Assembly: GCA_030550175.1 (NCBI GenBank)
Contig: JAUQPW010000004.1
Coordinates: forward strand, 21,211 to 85,210
DNA: 64,000 nt
Reading direction: 5' to 3'
Source of the DNA: a bacterium
GTDB taxonomy: Bacteria; Moduliflexota; Moduliflexia; Moduliflexales; JAUQPW01
Below, one piece after another: positions 48,499 through 58,603 of this stretch. Under the pieces are notes generated by a model. That model did not search any database and was not told where the DNA came from. It saw only the letters and a program-made list of their open reading frames with translations. The position numbers and the translations under genes were made by a program. Numbering within the stretch: the stretch's first letter is position 1; each line of letters starts with the position of its first letter.

Positions 48499-49320
48499 TT
48501 ATTTAGAAACAAGGGGAGGGGAAAAGGGGTTCTGATAGGTTTCTCGACGCCAGCGGTAGGGGAGATCCCGGATCGTGCCGGGGGTATCCAGAATCTGGAG
48601 CGCATCCAGCATCTCTTTTAGAATGGTCATTTGTTGATTTACCTGAAAGGGTTCTCCCAAAGGATGCCCGAAAGGCCAACGAAGAAACAAAGCCCTGGGA
48701 GGTTTAACGGCTTCTGTAATTTTACGTACCAGGGTGATAGAAATCGTAGAAATACCCTTCCGTTCAACTTCTCGCTGGATCAGTCCTACAGACTGATTGC
48801 AGAGCCCTCAGGCCGGGGTTAAAAGGACTGCATCCACCTGAGCTGCCCTAAGTTTTTCGGCCACCTCAGGAGCTGTTTGTCGTATCAGGATATCTATCAA
48901 ATCCTTATCGATATGGCCCATAAAACTGTAATGAAAAGGGGCTTCTTCTCCAATGACCCGGAGTTGGACCAGCTCTTTTAAGCGTTCTATGGGGAAGATG
49001 ATATTGATATCCCTGTCGGCATCGTGATGATCGTAGTAATCATGGGTAATCGTTAAGTCCTCCCGGGAAGTATCTCGAGGAATTTCCCGGTAGGTAGGGT
49101 CTCCCTGGGGGTTTTTCATGTCAAAGGGGGGTTGATTTTTTAAATGAACGCCACCTGTTGTAATTAAGGCGACCCGACAATCTTTAATCTCTTTCTTTAA
49201 GGGCGTCCAGGGAACGTCCCGACTTTCCCGAAAAGAGGTTTTCTCTGCCCAACGATCCGCGAGTTGAGGGAATTTTGTAAAGAATTTAGCCAGAAGTCTA
49301 TTTTTAATGCTTCGAAACAA
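48499..49320 (-). CDS. Selenoprotein B-like (GrdB/PrdB-family-like) reductase component with one in-frame TGA (Sec) at 48808-48810 in a U-G-L-C redox motif. The ORF track splits it into two ORFs.
   Basis: Minus-strand ORFs 48808..49320 and 48499..48690 share one reading frame (630 nt apart). The 117-nt gap between them is open in that frame, and the only interruption is the TGA. Read-through gives ...AVLLTPA-U-GLCNQSVGLIQREVERKG.... The N-terminal part carries ALITTGGVHLK. Only alternative starts (TTG) are available. Confidence 0.55.
48778..48798 (-). promoter_or_regulatory. SECIS-like stem-loop 10 nt downstream of the in-frame UGA (7-bp perfect stem AUCAGUC / GACUGAU, loop UGUAG containing GU)
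   Basis: The mRNA reads UGA GGGCUCUGCA AUCAGUC UGUAG GACUGAU C. Spacing and apical GU are compatible with a bacterial SECIS. Confidence 0.4.
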
Positions 49321-49386
49321 GGGAAAAAGTCAAAACAAACAGGGAAAAGCTCAAGATCTGTTTCTTGGGCCTTTCTTTTGATTCTT

Positions 49387-50019
49387 TTAACTTAAGCTTT
49401 TCAAAATGGCTCGAACTGGGGCCCCATCTCCGTTTTTAATCTTGATGGGGAAACAACATATTTCATAGTCCCCGGGTTCTACCTCCGAAAGGTTCAGTCC
49501 CTCCAAAGGGATGACTTCATGGCTCAGAAGAGTGTGGTGAACCGGAAATTCTGTGCTTCCAAAGGCTTCAACCGAAAGATAATCGATTCCTATCAACTTA
49601 ACCTCCTTCTCGATCAGATATTCGGCTGCCTTTTGGGAAAGATGAACAAAATCGGTGTGAAAAACTTCATCTTTCCAGCATTCCAGGGAATTTCGGGTTT
49701 TAAAAAGGACTCGTTCAATTCCTTGCCAGGATAGACGCTTCAAGTCATCCACTTCGATTCTTTTTTCAACGTTAAGTTCGTAAACCCTCACCCTTCCTAT
49801 GAAAACATCCAACGGAATTTGGTCGATGGTTTTACCACCCCGAATAAAATGTCCCGGTGCATCCAGATGGGTTCCTGTATGGGAACCCAGGGTAATAAGG
49901 GAAACGTTAGCCGGGTCGCCCCGATCCAGATCCAAAGCCTTCTCAATCCTGAGGGGAGGGTCTCCCGGCCAGGTAGGCAACTCATTAGATAGGAGAACGG
50001 AAATATCGTAAATTTTCAT
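49387..50019 (-). CDS. Putative cyclase family (kynurenine-formamidase-like) metal-dependent hydrolase
   Basis: GSHTGTHLDAPGHF motif and 210-aa length typical of the cyclase family. Confidence 0.75.
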   Translation of the reverse strand: MKIYDISVLLSNELPTWPGDPPLRIEKALDLDRGDPANVSLITLGSHTGTHLDAPGHFIRGGKTIDQIPLDVFIGRVRVYELNVEKRIEVDDLKRLSWQGIERVLFKTRNSLECWKDEVFHTDFVHLSQKAAEYLIEKEVKLIGIDYLSVEAFGSTEFPVHHTLLSHEVIPLEGLNLSEVEPGDYEICCFPIKIKNGDGAPVRAILKSLS

Positions 50020-50097
50020 ATTTGAGGCTTGAAACTTGGAGCTTGAGGCTGGGTTATCCTGCCTGTCGGCAGGTCTATTCTCTCACCTCAGACGCCT

Positions 50098-52137
50098 CTA
50101 ACTTCCAGATCGCTTTTTCAACTCTTTGATCTTATCCCTTAACACGGCAGCCCTTTCAAATTCCAGTTTCTTAGCCGCTTCCTTCATCTCTTTCTCTAAC
50201 CTGGCTATCAGATTGGAAATATCCTCATCGGTGAGATACTCTGCCGGCTTCTCAGCCACTAGCAATTTATCCTGCGCGAGGTCTAAAGATCTATCCTGAG
50301 AAAGGGGAACCGTATAGTAATCCGCCTCATAGACGCTTCCCAGAATGTTGGTGATGGATTTCTGAATGGACTCTGGAGTAATCCCATGTTCTTCATTATA
50401 CCTTCGCTGTTTTTCTCTCCGTCGGTTGGATTCTTGAATGGCTTCCCGGATAGATTGGGTTATCTTATCTGCATACATGATGACCAATCCATTGACATTT
50501 CGGGCAGCTCGTCCCGCAGTTTGAATCAAGGAGGTTGTAGACCGCAGGTAGCCTTCCTTATCGGCATCTAGAATTGCAACCAGAGAAACTTCCGGGATAT
50601 CGAGTCCTTCTCGAAGCAAATTCACTCCAATGAGCGCATCGTATTTCCCCATCCGGAGGTCCCGAATAATCTCCACCCGTTCCAGCGTATCGATATCGGA
50701 ATGGAGATAGCGCACTTTCAAACCCAAGTCGGTATAGTATTCGGTAAGATCTTCGGCCATGCGCTTGGTCAGCGTCGTCACCAGCACCCGTTCATTTCGC
50801 CTGGCCCGGGCTTTGATTTCTGCCATGAGGTCATCGACCTGTCCGGCAACAGGTCGAACTACAATCTCAGGATCCATAAGTCCGGTGGGACGGATAACTT
50901 GCTCCACAACGACTCCCTGACTTTTTTCCAATTCATAAGGACCCGGTGTGGCCGAAACGTAAATAACCTGGGAGACCTGTTTTTCAAACTCTTCAAATTT
51001 CAATGGACGATTGTCCAGGGCCGAAGGAAGTCGAAATCCGTATTCCACCAGGGTGGTCTTCCGGGAACGGTCTCCGATATACATGCCTTTAAGTTGGGGG
51101 ATGGTCACATGGCTTTCATCGATGACAATCAACGAATCTCTGGGGAAGTAGTCCAGCAAAGTGGGAGGGGGTTCTCCTGGCTGTCGACCACTGAGATGAC
51201 GGGAGTAATTTTCAATCCCATGGCAGTAACCTACCTCCTGAATCATCTCCAGATCGAACATGGTCCGTTGATGCAGCCGTTGCATTTCCAGTAACTTTCC
51301 TTGTGCCCGAAGTTCCGCTTCCCGTTCCGCCAGCTCTATTTTAATATTTTCGATGGCCCGTTTGAGGGTATCCGCCGGAGTAACATAATGACTGGCAGGA
51401 TAGATGACCACCCGGTCCAGCTTTCCCAAGGTTTTTCCCGTTAACGGATCAAAAACAGCCAGGGTATCTACTTCATCCCCAAACAACTCAATCCGGATAC
51501 CTTCATCCTGGTAAGAAGGATAAATTTCAATGACATCCCCTCGAGCCCGAAAAGTTCCCCGAGAGAAACCAATATCATTGCGCTCGTAGTGGATGGAGAC
51601 AAGTTTCCTCAAAATTTCTTGGCGACTGATGGGCTGTCCCTGGTCTAGAAAAAGGAGCATTCCATAATAGGCTTCTGGAGAACCTAAACCATAAATGCAA
51701 GAGACACTGGCCACAATGATGACATCCCGTCTTTCAAAAAGGGATCGGGTTGCCGAATGCCGCATTTTATCAATATATTCATTAATCGAAGCATCCTTCT
51801 CTATATAGGTGTCTGTACTGGGAATATAAGCCTCCGGCTGATAGTAATCGTAATAACTGACAAAGTACTCTACGGCGTTCTCAGGAAAAAATTCACGAAA
51901 TTCATTGAAAAGCTGAGCGGCTAAAGTTTTATTATGGGCAATAACCAGCGTGGGTTTCTGGACCTGTTCAATGACATTGGCAATGGTGAAAGTCTTACCC
52001 GATCCGGTCACTCCCAATAAAACCTGATGGCGATCTCCTCTTTTTATGCCTTCCACTAACTCTCGAATAGCAGAAATTTGATCCCCGGCGGGCTTAAAAT
52101 TAGAGACCAAGCGAAATTTGTTGGGTTTACGTTGCAT
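50098..52137 (-). CDS. uvrB: Excinuclease ABC subunit B
   Basis: [10 protein letters not shown] Walker A, helicase motifs, a beta-hairpin region, and the C-terminal UvrB/UvrC interaction domain ([15 protein letters not shown]). Confidence 0.9.
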   Translation of the reverse strand: MQRKPNKFRLVSNFKPAGDQISAIRELVEGIKRGDRHQVLLGVTGSGKTFTIANVIEQVQKPTLVIAHNKTLAAQLFNEFREFFPENAVEYFVSYYDYYQPEAYIPSTDTYIEKDASINEYIDKMRHSATRSLFERRDVIIVASVSCIYGLGSPEAYYGMLLFLDQGQPISRQEILRKLVSIHYERNDIGFSRGTFRARGDVIEIYPSYQDEGIRIELFGDEVDTLAVFDPLTGKTLGKLDRVVIYPASHYVTPADTLKRAIENIKIELAEREAELRAQGKLLEMQRLHQRTMFDLEMIQEVGYCHGIENYSRHLSGRQPGEPPPTLLDYFPRDSLIVIDESHVTIPQLKGMYIGDRSRKTTLVEYGFRLPSALDNRPLKFEEFEKQVSQVIYVSATPGPYELEKSQGVVVEQVIRPTGLMDPEIVVRPVAGQVDDLMAEIKARARRNERVLVTTLTKRMAEDLTEYYTDLGLKVRYLHSDIDTLERVEIIRDLRMGKYDALIGVNLLREGLDIPEVSLVAILDADKEGYLRSTTSLIQTAGRAARNVNGLVIMYADKITQSIREAIQESNRRREKQRRYNEEHGITPESIQKSITNILGSVYEADYYTVPLSQDRSLDLAQDKLLVAEKPAEYLTDEDISNLIARLEKEMKEAAKKLEFERAAVLRDKIKELKKRSGS

Positions 52138-52254
52138 ATTTATATATTCAACCTGTTTCTAAGAAGCGTCAAGGGAGAATATGGCTTGACAGTTCTATGG
52201 CCGGGTGTATCTTTCTTTTTAAAAAGGAAAATTTTAAGATAGAGAGGTCAGTAT

Positions 52255-52623
52255 ATGATAAAAATCATTGCTTATCAAGGTCCCCGCGGGGAACTTACTC
52301 GAGACTACCGGGAATGGATCGAGTCGGTATGTAAATATCTGGTGGAGAATCCGGAAGAAGCCGGAAATATTATGTATACGGAAGATGCTTTGCATATCAT
52401 GGATGAATTGATGGATAATGAAGATTACGATCCGGAGGAAATCCAGCCTATCTTAGAGAAAATAGCGGATATTGCCCATGAAAACAGGTTTATTATTTCT
52501 CGTGTTCCCATAAGTTGGGAGGAGCAGAAAACAGAAGGTGAGATTGACAACTGGGTAGTTGAAATGAATGCTCGAAACTATCTGATGGAATTGGATGAGG
52601 AATTAGATGAGGATTTAGACTAA
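52255..52623 (+). CDS. Hypothetical acidic protein (122 aa)
   Basis: ORF with an Asp/Glu-rich C-terminus (ELDEELDEDLD). Its stop abuts the next gene. Confidence 0.4.
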   Translation: MIKIIAYQGPRGELTRDYREWIESVCKYLVENPEEAGNIMYTEDALHIMDELMDNEDYDPEEIQPILEKIADIAHENRFIISRVPISWEEQKTEGEIDNWVVEMNARNYLMELDEELDEDLD

Positions 52624-52625
52624 AC

Positions 52626-53246
52626 ATGCCGACTATTTTTACCCATGCCATTGTTGGCTACGGTCTGGCCCGATTGGTAACTAGCTCTTTTCAGGTTAGA
52701 GATCAATATGGGCTTTTATCCGCGGTCTTACCGGTTATTCCCGATCTGGATGCCCTTCTTATGCCCTGGATTCCTTATTCCCACCCCTTAGGTCATCGCG
52801 GATTCAGCCATTCCCTGTTTTTTGCTGGAGTTCTGGCCCTGGGAGCTTCCCATTTTCCTTCCAAAACTGTCCCGGTTTTCTCCTCGGGATGGTTGGGATT
52901 GGTTCTATTTTATTGGGGGATCACTGTTTCCCACGGGGTTCTGGATGCCATGACAGATGGAGGGCTTGGAATTGCCTTTTTCGCCCCCTTTGATAATACC
53001 CGGTATTTTCTACCCTTCCGACCCATTCCGGTCGCCCCCCTGGGTATTTCTTCTTTTTTTTCGAGCCGGGGTTTGCAGGTTTTCTGGATCGAATTTGCTC
53101 TCTTCTGGTTCTTTGCTCTGGCCATGATCGTCTGGAGTTGGGAAAGCCTCCCTTTACAAAAGGTCCTGGGAAGTCTGTTGATTTTAGCCGGAATAATAGC
53201 CTGGGGCTGGCGAATCAGACAACTACATCGATCTTTTCATCTTTAA
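52626..53246 (+). CDS. Membrane-bound metal-dependent hydrolase-like protein (DUF457 / YdjM-like)
   Basis: MPTIFTHAIVGYGL...HRGFSHSLFF is typical of DUF457 inner-membrane proteins. Divergent from uvrB. Confidence 0.6.
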   Translation: MPTIFTHAIVGYGLARLVTSSFQVRDQYGLLSAVLPVIPDLDALLMPWIPYSHPLGHRGFSHSLFFAGVLALGASHFPSKTVPVFSSGWLGLVLFYWGITVSHGVLDAMTDGGLGIAFFAPFDNTRYFLPFRPIPVAPLGISSFFSSRGLQVFWIEFALFWFFALAMIVWSWESLPLQKVLGSLLILAGIIAWGWRIRQLHRSFHL

Positions 53247-53431
53247 TTTCTTGTTTTAAGTTTCTTGATCCTGGCGATTACATGATAGAGATAAAGCCAG
53301 ATCCGACAGTATAAAAGCCTGCTCCTGGGATCTGATACCATTAAGCAGGCAGCCCCTCCCTTCCCTCCCACATGCAGGGAGGGTCAGGGTGAGGCCAGAA
53401 GATGGTTCTCCTTACGTCGTCTAAACCGTAG

Positions 53432-53457
53432 GGGCAGCCCTTGCGGCTGCCCTATTT
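53432..53457 (+). terminator. Candidate intrinsic terminator (8-bp stem GGGCAGCC / GGCTGCCC, loop CTTGC, followed by TATTT) between convergent genes
   Basis: Hairpin read directly. The U-tract is weak. Confidence 0.35.
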
Positions 53458-53511
53458 AAGGGCGACCGGCGTGATTGCCCTGCAGGTTAAAGAATATTTT
53501 TACTTAGAATG

Positions 53512-54729
53512 TTATTTCTTGCTGGCATCGATAACCTCGCCGAACAGAACCCATCTCTCTCCGTTAAATTTACCTAGTTGTAACTGCTCGATGGGATAAA
53601 AATCTGTAGGGCTGGTATTGATCTTGATCCCGGGCAAAAGCATCGGCAACTCCAGATCCTTGATATTTGCCGCCTGACGCATGATGTTCTCCCGCGTCAG
53701 GTCATCTCCGGCCTGTTTTAATACGTGGATGAGGGTCTGGGCTACCGTGTACCCGTAAACATTAAATAAATCGTGAACGTTCCCCTCGGGATAGTACTTC
53801 TCCATCCATGTCAGCCACTCTTGCCGACCCGGATCGTCCTTCCATTGGGGATCATCTGGATCCTTCAAATAGAAAGAAGAAATGATATCCTTAGATGCCT
53901 CGAGACCGGCCGGCTGAAGCACGGATCCTACAGAGTTCGATACGTTGTTCAGGAAGTGGACCGGCTTCCAACCAATATCCGCCACCTTCCGGATCGCCTG
54001 GGCGGCAAATTTGGGTGTGGTTACATTGAATAAGACATCGGCTCCACTGTTTTTCAGATTCACAATCTGGGAATCTATGGTAGGTTCCGTCACCTCATAG
54101 GTTTGCTCCGAAACAATCATCTCCCCGGCCTTCTCACCAAGCCCGTCCTTAAACCCCTTTACATAATCCTTCCCGTAATCGTCGTTTTGGTATAGAATTC
54201 CGATCCTGGCATTGAGCAAATTCTCTAAAATATAACGGGCATAGATCTTCGCCTCGGTTTGATAATTGGGCTGCCAGCCCATCGTCCAGGGATGCCCCTC
54301 GGGATCTCCCCACTTGGTAGCTCCGGTGGCGACAAAGAGTTGGGGTATCTTCTTCTGATTCAGATATTTCCAGATTGCCGTATTGGTTGGAGTTCCCAGC
54401 GTTTGAAACAAAAACAGCACCTGATCCTGCTCCACCAACCGCCGCACCTGCTCCACCGTCTTGGGCGGACTATACCCATCGTCATAACTGATGAAAGTGA
54501 TCTTACGACCGTTAACTCCACCCTCTTCATTAATTTTTTTGAAATAGGCCGCAATAGACCTGCCGATTGTGCCATAGGCCGAGGCAGATCCACTATACGG
54601 ATTGGTATTACCGATTTTAATCTCGGTATCGCTGGCCCCGGGATCGTATTTCCCGGCACTATAAACCAATACACCGATAAGACTGAAAAGTATGAAAATA
54701 ACTCCTAAAACTAGCCTTTTGAGAATCAT
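53512..54729 (-). CDS. ABC transporter substrate-binding protein (PBP type I, branched-chain amino-acid / amide-type)
   Basis: N-terminal signal anchor and a periplasmic binding fold pattern (GYSPPKTVEQ..., IGILYQNDDYGKD). Confidence 0.75.
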   Translation of the reverse strand: MILKRLVLGVIFILFSLIGVLVYSAGKYDPGASDTEIKIGNTNPYSGSASAYGTIGRSIAAYFKKINEEGGVNGRKITFISYDDGYSPPKTVEQVRRLVEQDQVLFLFQTLGTPTNTAIWKYLNQKKIPQLFVATGATKWGDPEGHPWTMGWQPNYQTEAKIYARYILENLLNARIGILYQNDDYGKDYVKGFKDGLGEKAGEMIVSEQTYEVTEPTIDSQIVNLKNSGADVLFNVTTPKFAAQAIRKVADIGWKPVHFLNNVSNSVGSVLQPAGLEASKDIISSFYLKDPDDPQWKDDPGRQEWLTWMEKYYPEGNVHDLFNVYGYTVAQTLIHVLKQAGDDLTRENIMRQAANIKDLELPMLLPGIKINTSPTDFYPIEQLQLGKFNGERWVLFGEVIDASKK

Positions 54730-55216
54730 AACCTCCTCCCTTTTACCTTAAAGTGAGATAGTTTCTTCCTCTTTACCTTATACCTTCCCTGCTTCCTATA
54801 GCTGACATGATTTAAAGGAAGCGTCAAGACAAATATCTCCAACTTCCTTTATTTTGACATTTTCCCCCGGCTATCTGCCATCAAAGCCCTTGATCCATGG
54901 CCTAGAATAAATAAAAAAATAAGTTTTCTCTTCCTTTCTATTCCTCTCTCTGAGAGTTTTCCTCGATCTCAAGCTTTTTTGATAATCTTCTCCGTATTCT
55001 AAATCGTAGATAATCTCTGCACAAAAAAGCAAAATAATCCAAGTCACTTCGGTCCATAGAAGAAAAGAAAAGATGGCCCCTAACAGGCCGTATAACTTTT
55101 CATAATTCGCCAGACTATTTACTACTTCTCAAGGAAATACTCATTTTTTTCCACACCTTCTATCCACAACTTTGTGGATAATCTTTGGCAACCTCGGTGT
55201 TTGGAGCTTTTTCTTT

Positions 55217-56209
55217 TTATTTATTCTGTTGATTTCCGGTTGATATTCGCTTTAAGGGTGGAATCACGGTCGAGGTGGGGGTTGGAGTTACTTTGGGAGT
55301 CGGGGTTGCCGAAGGGGTGGGGGTGGGAGTAGGCGTTACATCCGGTGTTGAGGTCACCGAAGGGGTGGGGGTGGGAGTGGGCGTCATATCCGGTGTTGGG
55401 GTCACCGAAGGGGTGGGGGTGGGCGTTGTGTTGGAAGTTTGGGTAGGGGTTGGAGTAGGAGTAGAGAGAGACGGTGTTACGGTAGGCGTAGAGGTTGGCG
55501 TAGGGCTTGGCGTGGCCGGATGTGGAGTCGGTGTGGGAGTGGACTCGGAGCGATAAGGAGTTGGGGTTGGTTCCGGTCGGACCGAAGTTGCAGGATTGGA
55601 TAGAACCATTTGGGGAGTTGGTGTGGGAGTGGCAACAGCCGGAGCCGGAATGGGGAGCGAAAAGGGGGATCCTGTAAGGTTATTATGGATGGTGACCGGT
55701 ATCCCATTAACCTCTCCGATCACGTTTTTCTCTCCGTTTATTTTTTCGATTTTACAAAGGATGGAATGATCCGGTTTATTGGGAGTTATATTCACTCCGA
55801 ACTGGAAATCGATATTTTTAGAGGCCTGCATGACTCTTACGATGAAATCTCCAAAGGGAATACCCATAAAGACAAATTCACCGTTTTGCCCGGTAATCGT
55901 ACTACTTATTTCGTTATTTTTTTCATCCAGCAACAGGACCAGAAGGCCGGGAACTCCCACGGTGTTACTTGTATTGATTACGGCCTCGGCAGGATATATG
56001 AAGGTAAAAGCTAAGGCAAATATTTTCTCCAACCAGGTATCTTGAGAGAGTTGAGTTCCGGCATCGGTGATAATTCGACCGTTCAAGGTACCTATTCCGC
56101 TTAGGGGTTCGGTTCCAGTCGGGCTATTCTCGAAATCTCCACAGCCATAAAGTGAAACCACTATGGCCAGGATGAACAATTTTCTACTCAACCCACCTGT
56201 CTTTTCCAT
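55217..56209 (-). CDS. Lipoprotein with carboxypeptidase-regulatory-like beta domain and about 120-aa Pro/Thr-rich repetitive C-terminal tail
   Basis: The signal peptide ends in LYGCG (lipobox). [18 protein letters not shown] has the CarbopepD_reg-like pattern. The tail is [20 protein letters not shown]... repeats. Confidence 0.6.
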   Translation of the reverse strand: MEKTGGLSRKLFILAIVVSLYGCGDFENSPTGTEPLSGIGTLNGRIITDAGTQLSQDTWLEKIFALAFTFIYPAEAVINTSNTVGVPGLLVLLLDEKNNEISSTITGQNGEFVFMGIPFGDFIVRVMQASKNIDFQFGVNITPNKPDHSILCKIEKINGEKNVIGEVNGIPVTIHNNLTGSPFSLPIPAPAVATPTPTPQMVLSNPATSVRPEPTPTPYRSESTPTPTPHPATPSPTPTSTPTVTPSLSTPTPTPTQTSNTTPTPTPSVTPTPDMTPTPTPTPSVTSTPDVTPTPTPTPSATPTPKVTPTPTSTVIPPLKRISTGNQQNK

Positions 56210-56241
56210 AACCTGGATGGAGGAAATGGTTGAGAAAGGGA

Positions 56242-57132
56242 TTAAGGAACCGCCTGCTTTTCCTTCGACTTACACAAAGGAAATCCCATTTCTTCCCGTT
56301 GTTTGATGTAAGCTTCTGCACACATTTTCGTAATATTTCGAACTCGTGCAATGAATCCGGTTCGTTCTGTAACACTTATGGCCCCCCTTGCTTCCAGAAG
56401 ATTGAACGTATGAGAACATTTCAGACAGTAATCATAGGCGGCCAGAACTATTTTTCTATCCACAGCTCGCAGAGCTTCACGCTCATACATTTCAAACAAG
56501 CGGAACAGCATATCTACATCGGCGACTTCAAAATTATATCGGGAGTACTCCACTTCACTTTGATGGTGAACGTCTCCATATTTAATACCTGGTGTCCAGA
56601 TTAAGTCAAATACATTATCAACTTTTTGTAAATACATGGCGATACGTTCCAATCCGTAGGTAATTTCGCCCGAAATAGGGAAAAGATCGATGCCGCCCGC
56701 CTGTTGAAAATAGGTAAACTGGGTAATTTCCATCCCATCCAGCCAGACCTCCCAACCCAGTCCCCAGGCTCCCAGGGTTGGGTTTTCCCAGTCATCTTCC
56801 ACAAACCGGATATCGTGTTCCAGGGGGTCAATGCCCAGATTGAATAAACTCTCCAGGTAAAGGTCCTGGAGATTATTTGGAGAGGGTTTCATCAGGACTT
56901 GATATTGGTAATAATGTTGGAGGCGATTAGGATTCTCACCATAACGACCGTCCGTGGGTCTACGGGACGGCTGTACATAGGCCACATTCCAGGGTTCCGG
57001 ACCGAGGCATCGAAGCAGTGTGGCGGGATGACAGGTTCCTGCTCCTACTTCCATATCATAGGGTTGTAGAAGGATACATCCTTTATTGGCCCAGAATCGC
57101 TCAAGTGTTAGAATAACCTCTTGAAAAGTCAT
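56242..57132 (-). CDS. glyQ: Glycine--tRNA ligase alpha subunit
   Basis: [33 protein letters not shown] and the rest match GlyQ over its full length (296 aa). Confidence 0.9.
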   Translation of the reverse strand: MTFQEVILTLERFWANKGCILLQPYDMEVGAGTCHPATLLRCLGPEPWNVAYVQPSRRPTDGRYGENPNRLQHYYQYQVLMKPSPNNLQDLYLESLFNLGIDPLEHDIRFVEDDWENPTLGAWGLGWEVWLDGMEITQFTYFQQAGGIDLFPISGEITYGLERIAMYLQKVDNVFDLIWTPGIKYGDVHHQSEVEYSRYNFEVADVDMLFRLFEMYEREALRAVDRKIVLAAYDYCLKCSHTFNLLEARGAISVTERTGFIARVRNITKMCAEAYIKQREEMGFPLCKSKEKQAVP

Positions 57133-57205
57133 CCTGAAGAGGAGTCCCGAGTCGGAAGGAAAAACTTCTAACTTCTGACTTCTGGCTCCCGGTTTCTTTT
57201 AACTT

Positions 57206-57949
57206 CTATGGGATATACACTTTGTTCTGTTTCTCGACCTGACAAATACAATTGGGTACGATCGTTGTTTGAATAAATTCCTTTTGGTTCTGGATCAAGT
57301 TTAATCGAATATATTTGCTGGTTACTGTACCCTTATCCAGATAAGCTAAGATCTCCGGCAAAGCCAGTGCAACCAGAGCTTCATTGACGGCTAAAATTTC
57401 TTCTCCTCGATTCCAGTGGATTTCTTCTTGAGGATCCCCGGTATCCAGGTAGCCGGCTGCTCGGCGTAAAGCCCTTTTCCTGTCGGAAACGGGTAACGGT
57501 AACCCCATACAGAAAAGGCATTCTTCCCCGGGGAGTTGGATTCTTATCTGGCCTCCCTTGAAAATGACCTGTCCATTTCGAATGACGATCCCGGCTCCCA
57601 GGTCAAAGAGGGGTACTTTAAAGTAAAGGCAAGCCATGGCCAGGTATTGTCGGGTTTCATTATTATCTACGCAACCAACAACAATCTGATAATCTTGAAA
57701 ATTCTCCGTACAATCCTGGACTTTACTTTGAATTTTTTTCAGAAATCGATATCCGAATACGGCTTCAAAAGCTTCCGTTTTATAAAACCCCACATGTTGG
57801 TCTGTAGTGCCTACCAGCCTGGGAAGGTTAGAGGATTCTATTTTATCGGGTTCTATGACGGCCACATGGATATGTCCCCAGGGCATTAATTTTCGCATCA
57901 GCGTCCAGCCATTTCCACCGAGGCCAACTAATAATAGGTCCAACATCAT
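57206..57949 (-). CDS. Minimal E1-like ThiF/MoeB-family adenylyltransferase (BilD-like), last gene of the Ubl operon
   Basis: LVGLGGNGWTLMRKL Rossmann motif, ESSNLPRL, VGCVDNNETRQYLAMAC, and a CxxC (ECLFCMG). Confidence 0.7.
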   Translation of the reverse strand: MMLDLLLVGLGGNGWTLMRKLMPWGHIHVAVIEPDKIESSNLPRLVGTTDQHVGFYKTEAFEAVFGYRFLKKIQSKVQDCTENFQDYQIVVGCVDNNETRQYLAMACLYFKVPLFDLGAGIVIRNGQVIFKGGQIRIQLPGEECLFCMGLPLPVSDRKRALRRAAGYLDTGDPQEEIHWNRGEEILAVNEALVALALPEILAYLDKGTVTSKYIRLNLIQNQKEFIQTTIVPNCICQVEKQNKVYIP

Positions 57950-58037
57950 CTCGATGCAAGGGCATAGAGAAGCGGAGGTATCAAGGTGTTACCTGGTTTC
58001 CGTATCTCTATATCCTTACACCCCTGCGTTGATTGGC

Positions 58038-58165
58038 ACACTGTTACCTTAGTTTTGACCTCCTAGGACTACCTTCACTCCCCAACGCCCCTCTCCCGCA
58101 GCGTGGGAGAGGGGCCGGGGTGAGGGCCACTCAAAAGTCAAGCCAAAACTAAGTAAACAGTGTAT
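58038..58165. mobile_element. MITE-like element, copy 5, with about 20-bp terminal inverted repeats (ACACTGTTACCTTAGTTTTGAC ... GTCAAGCCAAAACTAAGTAAACAGTGT)
   Basis: The inverted repeats and the CCCCTCTCCCGCAGCGTGGGAGAGGGGCCGGGGTGAGGGCC core are read directly. It lies between the JAB and E1 genes of the Ubl operon. Confidence 0.7.
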
Positions 58166-58602
58166 TAGTTCACTATTTTGATCCTTACCGGTTGATAGGT
58201 TTCCTTTAAATAAATCCCGGCCTGATATTCTGTACGTGAAAATAACAGTCGAACAAGGGTATTGTTTTGGATATAATTACCCTCTTTATCGTAGAATCCG
58301 TACCGAGCCAGTTGAGGATGATAGGTGTTATCTATTTTGGAGTATCTGGCTTTTTTAGAAAGGGGATGGGTATGAAAAAGGAACAGATAATATCCTTGAG
58401 CGTGGACCCACTGAAGGTAAGAACCACACTGTTCGGGGTCTATAACGACATGGAAAAGTCCATTATGTTGGATTTTCGTATCCTTTAAAATTTCAACCAG
58501 TTTAAATTCTTTAGATACAGCACCCAGGTAAGCTTTTTCTTTTGGTGACCGAAGTGCCTTTTTAAGGAAAGCCAGATCGGCCCTTGATATTTTAAGGACC
58601 AC
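58165..58602 (-). CDS. JAB/MPN (JAMM) metallopeptidase-like protein (BilC-like deconjugating enzyme candidate)
   Basis: JAMM triad read directly: DPEQCG (Glu), FHTHP (HxH), and S-K-I-D (S-x2-D). The start was moved to the GTG at about 58602 to remove a 65-nt overlap with the upstream gene. Confidence 0.6.
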   Translation of the reverse strand: MVLKISRADLAFLKKALRSPKEKAYLGAVSKEFKLVEILKDTKIQHNGLFHVVIDPEQCGSYLQWVHAQGYYLFLFHTHPLSKKARYSKIDNTYHPQLARYGFYDKEGNYIQNNTLVRLLFSRTEYQAGIYLKETYQPVRIKIVN

Positions 58603-58603
58603 A

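Noticed and set aside
48499-48690. Stand-alone 63-aa ORF beginning with a TTG-encoded M
   Set aside because: It is in frame with the ORF 48808..49320, the sequence between them has no stop other than one TGA, and there is no ATG start. It is better explained as the C-terminal part of a single Sec-containing gene.
52138-52254. LexA/SOS box upstream of uvrB and the divergent DUF457 gene
   Set aside because: I looked for CTGT-N8-ACAG, GAAC-N4-GTTC and related palindromes. I found only a partial match (CTGTTTCTAAGAAGCG), which I did not consider convincing.
55275-55556. ORF encoding [10 protein letters not shown]... on the plus strand
   Set aside because: It is a mirror-image artefact of the Pro/Thr-rich low-complexity tail of the minus-strand lipoprotein gene. 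It has no start context and an implausible composition.
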